Shown: in pieces, positions 27,579 to 38,288 of the stretch
Layout: each line of letters opens with the position of its first letter
Position numbering within the stretch: position 1 is the stretch's first letter
Source: Octopus bimaculoides
Taxonomy: Eukaryota
DNA: 64,000 nt
Reading direction: 5' to 3'
NCBI RefSeq assembly: GCF_001194135.2
Contig: NC_068985.1
Location: forward strand, 57,450,969 to 57,514,968
Made by a program: the position numbers and the translations under genes
Notes under the pieces: generated by a model
Seen by the model: the letters and a program-made list of their open reading frames with translations, nothing else
Database searches by the model: none
Told to the model about the DNA's origin: nothing

Positions 27579-27849
27579 GGAACATAAACTCAAAGGCATT
27601 ATCAAAGATGATAATGAAAAGCTCCTGTGAGATTTTATGATTTAGTGCGACCATGAGATAGAGAATAGGAAACCATACATAGTATAGGGTTAATTGAGAA
27701 AGAATGTAAACGATGCTGGATCATAGATATAGCATGCCCGCTCGAATACTCCGGATGGTGCTCTGAAAATAAGGGATGTTACCTTAGTTCACTGGTAATG
27801 AACAGCTAGCACCGTAGTACATCTACAGCATTAGAAGCTGTGCATAGAC

Positions 27850-27881
<32 letters not shown>

Positions 27882-27914
27882 TGATGATGATGATGGCGAT
27901 GATGATGATGATGG

Positions 27915-27954
<40 letters not shown>

Positions 27955-27964
27955 GATAAGGCAA

Positions 27965-29815
27965 TAGGAAAAAAACAAACAAGAACATAAAATATACAGC
28001 TCGAACCAAAGGAGAATCTAAACTGGCACCAACAACTTAATTCATTTAAGTGATTAAGATCAGACGATTTTAGATGAATTGCAGGAAGTAATGAGTAATG
28101 AAGTACGAAAAAATTGCCAGCATTAAAAAGCACCAACAGAAGGAAGCTGCTAGAAACGACTCGGAAAGTAAATTCTATTATCAGTAGTTAATATCAAAAG
28201 AGGAATTTTCCACGTGGACTCATTGTCCCCTTTAATATTTGTCTTATTTTGATCCCCTTCAGTTTAGTATTAAGGAAGGCAAATGCAGGGTATCTGTTCA
28301 GAAACAATATTGAAAAAATTAACCATTTGCTCTACATGGATGAGCTGAAGCTTTGTAGTAAGAATGAAAAAGAGATAGATTCCTTAATACAGACTCTAAG
28401 ACTCTTCAGCAAAGATAGAGGCATGGAATTTGGCATAGATAAGTGTGCAATATTAGTCATGAGAAGGTGACAGGTAGTCAACAGCGGAAGCATCCAATTA
28501 CCAGACGGTCAGACACTAAAATCATTGAAAAGTATCTGACAGGGTACTAACTACAGAAATGAAAGCGAAAATTGAGAAAGAGTAGATCAGAAGGGTGAGA
28601 AAGCTAATGAAGTCAAAGCTAAATGGTCTGAATCTAGTGAAGGCTGTAAATGCTTGCGCAGTATCATTACTTAGATACTCAGCAATATTGGAAAAAAAAT
28701 GAACTGGCAAAGCTAGAGGGAAGAACTGGGAAGGAATTCAATATGAATAGAAGACTCCAAAGGCAGGAGTAGCAAGATTATACTTACTTAGAAAGGAAGG
28801 CAGAAGAGGGTTAATATCTGTGAAAGACTGCGTAGAGTTAGAATAGATATAGACTCCTATGTAGTTAATAGTGAAGATAATTTATTGAAAGCTGCTAGAA
28901 TCGCAGCAAGACATAGGGAAACCAAAAACTCAAACGAAGGAAAAACCCAGAGAGAAGAACAGAAATTATCTGACTGGTGGGAGAAGGCGCTGCATGGTAG
29001 ACTCCCAAAGTTAGTTTCAGCATATAGTCGTAGTGATATATGGCTATGTTTGCAGAAAGAAGAGATAAAAAAGTAAGACAGAAAGTTTGTTAGTAGCTGC
29101 ACAAGGGCAAGCATTAATGATTAATTGGATAAAAGGCAAGATAGTCAAAAACCAAGTAGATTCCCAATCTAGGTTATGCAAGTCAAAAAAGAAAAGTGTT
29201 ACTCATATAGTAAGTGAATGTAGCCTGCAAGAAAAGATATGGGAACCAAGGGAATACAAAAGACATGAGGACCTAAGGAGAGTAATCCACTGGGAGTTAT
29301 ATAGAAAGGTAGGATTTGAACATACTAATAAATGGTATGAACATTGAACTTGGTAAGATACTAGAAAGTAGGAAATACAAGATGTTGTGGGACTTTAACA
29401 TTCAAACTCACAGAGTAATAGTAGCTAGAAGTTCTGATTTGGTAGTAGTAGATAAAGAGAATAAAAAGTGCCAGATAACTGTAAACAGTCCCAAATGATG
29501 AAAAATCAATATGAGATATAGAAAAATTAGCAAAGTACCAGGGCCTAGCCATTGGATGATAGAGACTATGACAAATGCGGGTAAAATGTATCCCAGTAGT
29601 TATTGGTGCATTGGGAACTATCCCTAATGATATGAACAGATGGATAGAGGAAATACGCATAAAGACTCAGCTTAGTACAGCTCCAGAAAACAGTGTTATT
29701 AGGGACGGCTAGGGTACATAGGAGGGTTCTTGGCATCTAAGATTACTTGAAGTAGCCGGATGTTGGATATTTTTCTTTTCCACTTGTTTTATCTGTTCTG
29801 TATGCATGAACAACA
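27965..29815 (+). mobile_element. R4/Dong-clade non-LTR retrotransposon remnant (RT, CCHC zinc knuckle, restriction-like endonuclease), inactivated
   Basis: IKRGIFHVDSLSPLIF; INHLLYMDELKL...DRGMEFGIDKCA; RLYLLRKEGRRGL; WWEKALHG; AAQGQAL...SRLCKSKKKSVTHIVSEC...EYKRHEDL.RVIHWEL; LWDFNIQTHRVIVARSSDLVVVDK; IPVVIGALGTIP. Many stops and frameshifts; followed by an (AAC)n(AAT)n tail. Confidence 0.92.
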
Positions 29816-29847
29816 GCAACAACAAAAACAACAACAACAACAACAAC

Positions 29848-29922
<75 letters not shown>

Positions 29923-29924
29923 TG

Positions 29925-30413
29925 TCAAAGATCATGAAGGAAAAAAATGCCTTCTAATTGATGTTTCAATACCAGCAGATGACAACGTTTCTCTAAAAGA
30001 AATGGAAANNNNNNNNNNNNNNNNNNNNNNNNNNNNNNNNNNNNNNNNNNNNNNNNNNNNNNNNNNNNNNNNNNNNNNNNNNNNNNNNNNNNNNNNNNNA
30101 CTTTCAAAATACAAAGACCTGGAAATAGAGATAACTCGAATGTGGAATCTAAAAACAGAAACAATTCCTATCATAGTAGGTGCCTTAGGTATAATAAAAA
30201 AATATTCAGACAAATACATAACAAAAACACCAGGACTTACAAATATATATAACATACAGAAAATTGCACTACTGGGTACTGCACACATTCTACGCAAAAC
30301 ACTTTCAATACAGTAAACATAAGAGCACCACAGCAAACCACAGCACATACCCAAGGCGCACAGAGCTGCGCTCGGTAGTGAAGTGAAAGCACGTTATAAA
30401 AATAAAACTACTG
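29925..30413 (+). mobile_element. R4/Dong-type LINE, 5'-truncated 3' end (second subfamily) with 3' UTR
   Basis: KCLLIDVSIPADDNVSLKEME...LSKYKDLEIEITRMWNLKTETIPIIVGALGII...IQKIALLGTAHILRKTLSIQ*, then a 3' UTR ending CTACTGAATAATAATAA; flanked by (TAA)n on both sides. Confidence 0.92.
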
Positions 30414-30434
30414 AATAATAATAATAATAATAAC

Positions 30435-31463
30435 CACCATATGACTACATAAATACCTACTTCAGATGTAAGGAAAACTAATAGAAATAGCCGCAAAACA
30501 CAAACAAAACAAAATCCTTTTCAGGTTTCTAGGAACCTGACAAATACAAAAAAGAAGTCATAGTACCTAACAACTATCAAGAAAAAAAAAAGATGTTAAA
30601 ACAATTGAAATTGAAACAAAGACTGGAACAGCAACGGGTCATGATAAAACGATGGCAAGAGAAGCCCCATCTTGAAAAAATAGGGTTAAATAAACAGAAA
30701 AGAGACAGACAAAACAAAATATCCTCAGTGGCTGAGAAGCTCGGGACTCAAAGCAGAGACTAGAAGATTTTTAATTGTAGCACAAGATTAAACATGTAAT
30801 GAAAAGAAATACAAGTAATTGCAGAATATGTAGAGATAGACAAGAAACAATAAATTATATCGTTTCTGGCTGCCCAGTCCTGACTAAGAAGGAAAATATT
30901 TACAGACACGACAGAGTTGGGATCTATACACACTGGAAGCTATGCCAACACTATGGAATAACAAGGGGGGAAATGGTATAGGTATACGCCAAAAAAGGTC
31001 ACAGAAATTGAGAAAGCAATCATGATATGGGATATACCAATACACACAGATAGAAAAATTAAGGCCATTAGGCCGGATATAGTTGTCAGATATCATCAAG
31101 AAATAAATGCTTTCTAATTGATGTGTCAATACCAACAGATCACAATGTTTGTCTGAAAGAAATGGAGAAACTTTCATGATACAAAGACATGGAAAAAGAG
31201 GTAACTCAAATTTGGAGTCTAAAAATAGAAACAATTCCTATCATAATAGGCGCATTAAGTATGATGATAAATATTCAGAAAAATAAATAAATAAATAAAT
31301 AGGCGCAGGAGTGGCTGCGTGATAAGTAGCTTGCCTAACAACTACATGGTTCCAGGTTCATTCCCACTGCGTGGCACCTTGGGTGAGTGTCTTCTACTAT
31401 AACCCTGGGCCGACCAAAGCGTTGTGAGTGGATTTGGCAGATGAAAACTGAAAGAAGCCCGTC

Positions 31464-31498
<35 letters not shown>

Positions 31499-31598
31499 GG
31501 AGTAAGCACATGAAATGTGCAACAAGGTGGAAAAAAGAGTACTCAAATACCAGAGGTAGAGTAATATGCTTTATTTAAAAGCAGCAGAAATATATATA

Positions 31599-31640
<42 letters not shown>

Positions 31641-32176
31641 NNNNNNNNNNNNNNNNNNNNNNNNNNNNNNNNNNNNNNNNNNNNNNNNNNNNNNNNNNNN
31701 NNNNNNNNNNNNNNNNNNNNNNNNNNNNNNNNNNNNNNNNNNNNNNNNNNNNNNNNNNNNNNNNNNNNNNNNNNNNNNNNNNNNNNNNNNNNNNNNNNNN
31801 NNNNNNNNNNNNNNNNNNNNNNNNNNNNNNNNNNNNNNNNNNNNNNNNNNNNNNNNNNNNNNNNNNNNNNNNNNNNNNNNNNNNNNNNNNNNNNNNNNNN
31901 NNNNNNNNNNNNNNNNNNNNNCAGCATGGCCGCAGTCAAATGAATGAAAAAATTAAAAGAGAAAAGAAAAAGAGAGAGAAAAGCAAAAACAGCAAGACTA
32001 ACAAGTATACATAACATACAGAAAATAGCACTACTAGGTACCGCACACATCCTACGTGAAATACTTTCAATACAGTAAAAGTAAGAGCATCACAACGAAG
32101 CACAGCACATACCCAAGGCACACAGAGCTGCGTTCTGTAGTGCAGTGAAAGCAAGTGATAAAAATAAGACTACCGA
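30435..32176 (+). mobile_element. R4/Dong-type LINE copy (second subfamily) interrupted by a nested SINE and a gap
   Basis: CRICRDRQETINYIVSGCPVLTKKENIYRHDRVGIYTHWKLCQHYG; WDIPIHTDRKIKAIRPDIVV; IPIIIGAL up to about 31280. Resumes at about 31975 with NIQKIALLGTAHILREILSIQ* and a 3' UTR similar to that at 30316-30413. Confidence 0.88.
31302..31966 (+). mobile_element. SINE family A inserted into the LINE (5' half 31302-31464; 3' end 31922-31966)
   Basis: GGCGCAGGAGTGGCTGCGTGATAAGTAGC...GGTTCATTCCCACTGCGTGGCACCTTGGG...GAAAGAAGCCCGTCG; after the gap CAGCATGGCCGCAGTCAAATGA. Confidence 0.85.
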
Positions 32177-32208
32177 ATGATAATAATAATAATAATAATA
32201 ATAATAAT

Positions 32209-32305
32209 ATGAGACCATCGATCATGTTGTCTCCATGTGCAGTCTGCTTGCGCCTACAGAGTATCTCAACAGGCATGATAGAGCTGCACAATATATTCAC
32301 TGGGT
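32209..32305 (+). mobile_element. R4/Dong-type LINE fragment (third subfamily), zinc-knuckle region
   Basis: ETIDHVVSMCSLLAPTEYLNRHDRAAQYIHW directly after a (TAA)n tract. Confidence 0.8.
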
Positions 32306-32590
32306 NNNNNNNNNNNNNNNNNNNNNNNNNNNNNNNNNNNNNNNNNNNNNNNNNNNNNNNNNNNNNNNNNNNNNNNNNNNNNNNNNNNNNNNNNNNNNNN
32401 NNNNNNNNNNNNNNNNNNNNNNNNNNNNNNNNNNNNNNNNNNNNNNNNNNNNNNNATCTGGTGAACGATATTTCGACATCTCGTGTGTCTTCAACTGGTT
32501 CAAAAAATATCGTTCACCAGATAACAAATGGCACTCTTCTTTTAATTTGGACTCTATATCTTCAGGAGGAGTTACCTCAATCCTTTCTAT

Positions 32591-32639
<49 letters not shown>

Positions 32640-32681
32640 TTAATAATAATAATAATGATAATAATAATAATAACAATAATA

Positions 32682-32930
32682 ATGCCTGATGCAGTATCAA
32701 GCAGTGGCTCTCATGGCTTCACATCTTAACTGATTGGAAGTGTTATCATGTACATTGTTTCGTCTTGGTATAAATGATGGGCTACAGCAAATTATCTGCT
32801 CAGTACCACAGATTTACACGTCAGTTGTTTGACCTTAACCAGTTTAGTATCTACGTTAGTGGCTGATAATATGTACATCTCTGATCACGAGCAGATGTAG
32901 TGAGTAGCATCATAGTTATGTGGCAAAATA
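32682..32930 (-). mobile_element. Unclassified interspersed repeat, probably a retroposon 3' end abutting the (TAA/ATT)n tract
   Basis: Complex non-coding block joined directly to the long (TAA)n tract at 32592-32683. Orientation is inferred from the tail position and there is no second copy in the window. Confidence 0.3.
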
Positions 32931-33025
32931 AAGGAAAAACTGAAATCAAAGCAAAACAAAGAATGAAAGATTTTATTACCAAAGGGTTATAAAACGTATG
33001 GGACGTTTACATATATCTACTACAG

Positions 33026-33405
33026 GAGGCATCAGTGTGGCTGTGTGGCTTGCTTCTCAACTATATGGTTACGGGTTCAGTTCCACTGAGTTGCGCCTTA
33101 GGCAAGTGCCTTCTACTATTACCACGAGCCGATCAAAGTCTCTTGAATGGACTTTGTAGACGAAAATTGAAAGAAACCTCTCATATTTATGTGTGTTTGT
33201 GTGCGTGTTTATGTATGTGTGTGTGTCCTATCACCGCTTGACAGCCGGTGTTGATGTGTTTACTTCCCTGTAACTTAGCAGTTTGACAAAAGCAACCGAT
33301 AGACCCAGACTTAAACAAGTACTGGAGTCAATTAATTCGACTAAAAATTCTTGAAGGAGGTGCCCCAGCATGGCTGCAGTCTAATTACTGAAACTGATAA
33401 AGAGA
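33026..33405 (+). mobile_element. SINE family A, full-length diverged copy
   Basis: Head GTGGCTGTGTGG...GGGTTCAGTTCCACTG, central GGCAAGTGCCTTCTACTAT, (TG) linker, 3' half ending CCAGCATGGCTGCAGTCTAATTACTGAAAC. Confidence 0.85.
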
Positions 33406-33599
33406 AACAGAGTAGACTACAAACGTCATACACTATATTAAGGCTATTAAAAATTTTAGTACACAAAATATAAAAATACAAGCAAACACTTGTTGATGAT
33501 TAGCAGCTATTAAGGTAGGAAATGAGAATTCATACCACTCGGCACCAACCCATTTCTTCTACACATCTTCTGAAAACTTCGTGGTGAAAATTGCTCCTT

Positions 33600-34025
33600 A
33601 GCATTTTCGGTCTTAGCTAATGACCAAAAGAGCACGATCATGAATCGAATACAAGCGACCGAAATGAAGTTCCTTTGAAGGACTTCTCGGAAGTTATGCA
33701 ATATGAAGTCTGTCACCAAGTCGAAGAGCTATTTCTCCGCATTGAGATGTCACAGCTCCGGCACTGCAGACGTGCAATTAGAATTTTGCTGGAAAGAATC
33801 GCAAAGGTAATCCTGTACCCAAGCTAACCAGCAAGAAATCTAGGTATTGATCATGAGTGAGATGGTTGGATAATATCCATTGTAGTCTCAGTCGCTCCCA
33901 CTTTGGGAATCCAGTAGGAAATTTTAATGAAGGTTGCTATTAATAGGATCTTATGGAGGAGAAACCTGATAATTCTAACCACCGAACTTCCTTGGAATAG
34001 TGTGGAAGAATGAATGGGTGAATAA
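33600..34025 (+). mobile_element. RTE-clade LINE 3' fragment, heavily decayed
   Basis: MTKRARS-RIQATEMKFL*R and LFLRIEMSQLR...ERIAKVIL...RDLWRRNL match the RTE C-terminal pattern VMTERIRSRIQAAEMSFLRR...LLLRIERSQLRW.GH. Confidence 0.65.
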
Positions 34026-35116
34026 AAATTTATGAAAACCGTAACGTATCCTATTATCTCCATAGAACACTCATATGCATTTTATTTTCTAGGTTGTACT
34101 CCTCCATCTCAGATATTATCATATCACTTTACATCAATCAGCAATTTCATTCGTGGTGGACGTTTCTATTTTCCCTGTAAATGAACACTATTTGCTTGTC
34201 CCTAATTAAAGGGCTGCATTATTTGAATTAGGTTACAGTTTGTTTTTCTAAGTACCCTAAAGATTAAGCGCTCGCCAGAGGAGGGAATAGCTGCATCAGG
34301 AATTTCCACCCTTGCCTTTCATCCAGATCTACATTTTTGGTATTCTCAATTCCTCTGAAAGACGTTCAGCAGCCAACTAGGGGACATTTGATAGATGGGT
34401 GCACGTAAATATAGATCAACTTACTAATACTACTCCAATCTAAGGAGCGAATAGCGTTTGGATAGAACGTTTTGAAATGAAGTTAGACGGGTCACTGCTT
34501 AAATGACACTCGCTACAAATATCAGGAATTGCTGAAAAACTGAGGTAAACATTAATAACAGCAAAAGAACTTTAAATTTAATGATTAAAGTATTCAAGCA
34601 TTCTTTCCCATAAACTGAGTGTATGTTTCGAGTGGTTTCATTGCAGAGTTTCCTTTTTGTACTCATAAAGCATTATGTGCCTCAAATGCTCTTTGGATAC
34701 TTCCATGTTAGAAAGGGTTTTAATCAAAGAAATTTTAATTCTATTCTTCTGTAAAATAAAATTTAACTAGTTTAAATGTACACAAATGCATAAAAATAAT
34801 TTTAAATTCCATTAGACATTCTGAAATATTATTAAATTGCATTCAATTTTAAAAAAGATAAAATCGAACAGAGCTTATGGGATAACCTGATAAACACACA
34901 CACACATTTTCGCATAGAGGTTGGTTTTTGAGCTCAGTTTGCAGCAGCGTTATCAACGTGAATGCTAATTTATTTTAACTCGATACTTCAGGCTATCCTT
35001 TCGGGTTTGGTTCTGGTAAATTTTGAGTAAGGCAAGGGTGACCTTATTTTCCTTATTTGCCATCGATTGGGGTCTTTTAGTATCCGTCAGAACCACTGAC
35101 ATATACATAAATTATT

Positions 35117-35445
35117 AGTCCCACTGCGTGGCACTTTGGATGAGTGGCTTCTACTATAGCTTCGGGCCAACCAAAGCCTTGTGAGTGGATTTAGTAGACG
35201 AAACTGAAAGAAGCCCGTTGTGTATATATATATATATATGTGTGTGTGGGGTGTATTTGTGCGTTTCTGTGTTTGTCATCTGCCATCGTCTGACAACTGA
35301 TGTTGGTGTGTTTACGTCCCCGTAACATAGCGGTTCGGCGAAAGGGGTCGACAGAATAAATACTAGGTTTACGATTTGTTCGACTAAAGGTGGTGCTCTA
35401 GCAAGACCGTAGTTAAATGACTGTATCACGTAAAAGAATAAAATA
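35117..35445 (+). mobile_element. SINE family A, 5'-truncated
   Basis: AGTCCCACTGCGTGGCAC...CTACTATAGCTTCGGGCCAACCAAAGCCTTGTGAGTGGATTT...GAAAGAAGCCCG, linker, 3' half ending AAATGACTG...TAAAAGAATAAAA. Confidence 0.9.
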
Positions 35446-36151
35446 ATATATGTTTATATGTGCTTATCTGTGTGTGATGTGTGCATTTGTGTGAGAGCAT
35501 GGGCGTGTGTGTTTGAACAATAACAATTACACAGTAGGAAAAAAGAGAAATCTTCAAACTACACACACACGCAAACACTCACATATACATATATATCTAT
35601 GTATAGCTACATTTATGTATACACACACACACACATATATATACGTATTACGTAGGCAGATATATATACACACATATATATATATACACACTTAGATAAG
35701 TACGTGGATAGATATACATATACACACAGACACAATATAGATATATTCATATACATTTATAAATATACGGTATAATCCTCAAAGTTGGTCTACCGACAAG
35801 AACCCATTTTCGTTCGTAACTTATAAAGTATTTTAGGAAAGATCACTTTCTACATTGTATGTATGTACACACACACGGACGCAAACAGACACACACACGG
35901 ACGCAAACAGACACACACACGCACACGCGCGCGCATACATATATACATGACTTTATACAAATGTGTGCTTCTCTCTCTCTCTCTCTCTCTCTCTCTANNN
36001 NNNNNNNNNNNNNNNNNNNNNNNNNNNNNNNNNNNNNNNNNNNNNNNNNNNNNNNNNNNNNNNNNNNNNNNNNNNNNNNNNNNNNNNNNNNNNNNNNNNN
36101 NNNNNNNNNNNNNNNNNNNNNNNNNNNNNTATATATGCATACATATATATA

Positions 36152-36350
36152 TACAGGGTGGCCCGAAAGTAGGTTTACAATTATTCAGCTATGTCTTTCG
36201 CATTCATATATTAACAGTTTAAATCTTAATTAAACAAAATATGAAAGCATTATGCTGTGCTATTTTACTTAATCGCAAGACATAAATTTAAATGCAATAA
36301 AACGTTTTAAAAGAAATTTAATGTGGCTACGTGATAACTGTAAACCTATA
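36152..36350. mobile_element. Tc1/mariner-type MITE (about 200 bp) with truncated right TIR
   Basis: Left end TA|CAGGGTGGCCCGAAAGTAGGTTTACAATTAT. ATAACTGTAAACCTA (36334-36348) is the reverse complement of 36170-36184 with one mismatch. Confidence 0.65.
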
Positions 36351-36592
36351 TAAATATATATATGTATATTCATATGAACATTTGTACTTATATTAATGTT
36401 CATCACATATAAAGATATATGTATATATATATATATTTATATATTTATAAAAAAATACATGTTTTTGATATTGATATATATAAATAATTACAAATATATA
36501 TATGTATACACACAGATACATACACACACACACATATATATATACATATATGTATGTATGTATATATGTATTCATATATTTGTACATGAGTG

Positions 36593-36629
<37 letters not shown>

Positions 36630-36960
36630 ATGTGTGTGCGTGTGTGTGTGTGCCTGTGTGTGTATTTCGTACATGTATATACATATATTTAGGGATTTTG
36701 AAAAGACTTCTGATCTTCGACTATTTCGATGTAAATAGTTATAATTGCATTATAGGTATAGGTATGTAAATAGACATGAGCATTGTTGGCGCACTGGTTA
36801 TAGATCAATAACAACTAGAGATGCTGCTGTCCTGAATACTCTAAAGTCTAGATATTTGAATGACTATATATACGTAAGAATATTCTTCAATATACCTATC
36901 GATCTCTAGAGAAAATCTTTCAGTCACAGTTCACTGTGCATTCAATTACATATATGCATG

Positions 36961-36994
<34 letters not shown>

Positions 36995-37049
36995 CATATA
37001 TATATGCGTGTGTGTGTGTGTGTACACACTCACACACACACACACACAT

Positions 37050-37102
<53 letters not shown>

Positions 37103-37718
37103 CATATATATATATATCAACCTCACCATTTACTGACTTATATATATACACACACATGTGTGTGTGTGTGTTATCCTTATCCTTTGCGGTGAGTGGAATA
37201 GAAGAACGTAAACACATTGGGTATAAACTTTTGATAAGATGGGAGAAATGACATTGGAATCTTCAGGCGATTGTTTGAGTGTTTGTTGTTTGCTTTTCAG
37301 AGTAGCAGGACTTGGTTTCCTTCCTCAATGAATTCTATGGAATCTCGAGATCTTTAGTTACTATACAAAGCAGCTATAATTAGGTTAGTATAGTACTGAA
37401 GTGCCTAATTTGCTCTTTTGTCTTTTGGGCCTTTCGTCGTAATTTTCATTACACACACACATACACACACACACGCATGCACGCGCACGCACACACACAC
37501 ACATATAACTCTCAGCATTGTGCAGTATATAAATCATAAGAAATATAAATAATTTCTAGTCATGGTCAAAGTAAAAATGATGATTTTGATATATGTATAT
37601 ATATANNNNNNNNNNNNNNNNNNNNNNNNNNNNNNNNNNNNNNNNNNNNNNNNNNNNNNNNNNNNNNNNNNNNNNNNNNNNNNNNNNNNNNNNNNNNNNN
37701 NNNNNNNATATATATATA

Positions 37719-37750
<32 letters not shown>

Positions 37751-38288
37751 GCAGAAGGTGACTATGGGTGCTAGTCACCGCTAATATTGCTAGAAACAAG
37801 AGTCAGAATATCTCTTAGCTACGGGGAGGCGCTTATCTAGTGACTGGCAAGTGAGACAAGCTCACTACAGGCAGTGAGACAGCGCAATATCATCGATGAT
37901 TTCAGATTTGATTAAACCCCGTCATTGACTCACTCTCGGTTGCCGAGTGTTAAAGCTAGTTCACCTTGCCAGTTTATAGAGACTACTGTAGGAATCAGAG
38001 GCTGGTTCCATAAATGGTAAAAGTGAAAATTATAACTAATCAAGGTGTCTTATTCGCAAATTTCAACCAAAAGGCACAAGTATAGACGTTACTAAGGTAA
38101 CTAAGAGTGCTAGTCAGCATCAGCATTGCTAGGGGGAACACTTATGTAGTGGATGACAAGTGAGACAAGCTCACTTCTCCTTCGTCAGTCACTAGATAAG
38201 TGCTTCCTCGTGACTAAGATTTGTTCTGACCCTTATTTCTAGCAATGCAGGCGCTGACTAGCACCCTTAATCACCTTAGTGTCGTCTA
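37751..38288. mobile_element. Composite MITE-like element with 92-bp inverted repeats and an inner 200-bp TATA-flanked copy
   Basis: 37755-37846 versus the reverse complement of 38186-38277: ungapped, 17 mismatches in 92 by manual count. The inner left end TATA|GACGTTACTAAGGTAACTAAGAGTGCTAGTCAGC (38081 onward) mirrors the right end ...CACCTTAGTGTCGTC|TATA. Confidence 0.8.

Noticed and set aside
37301-37383. Plus-strand segment with TTTTCAG acceptor and GTTAGT donor
   Set aside because: Stops in all frames and no homology.
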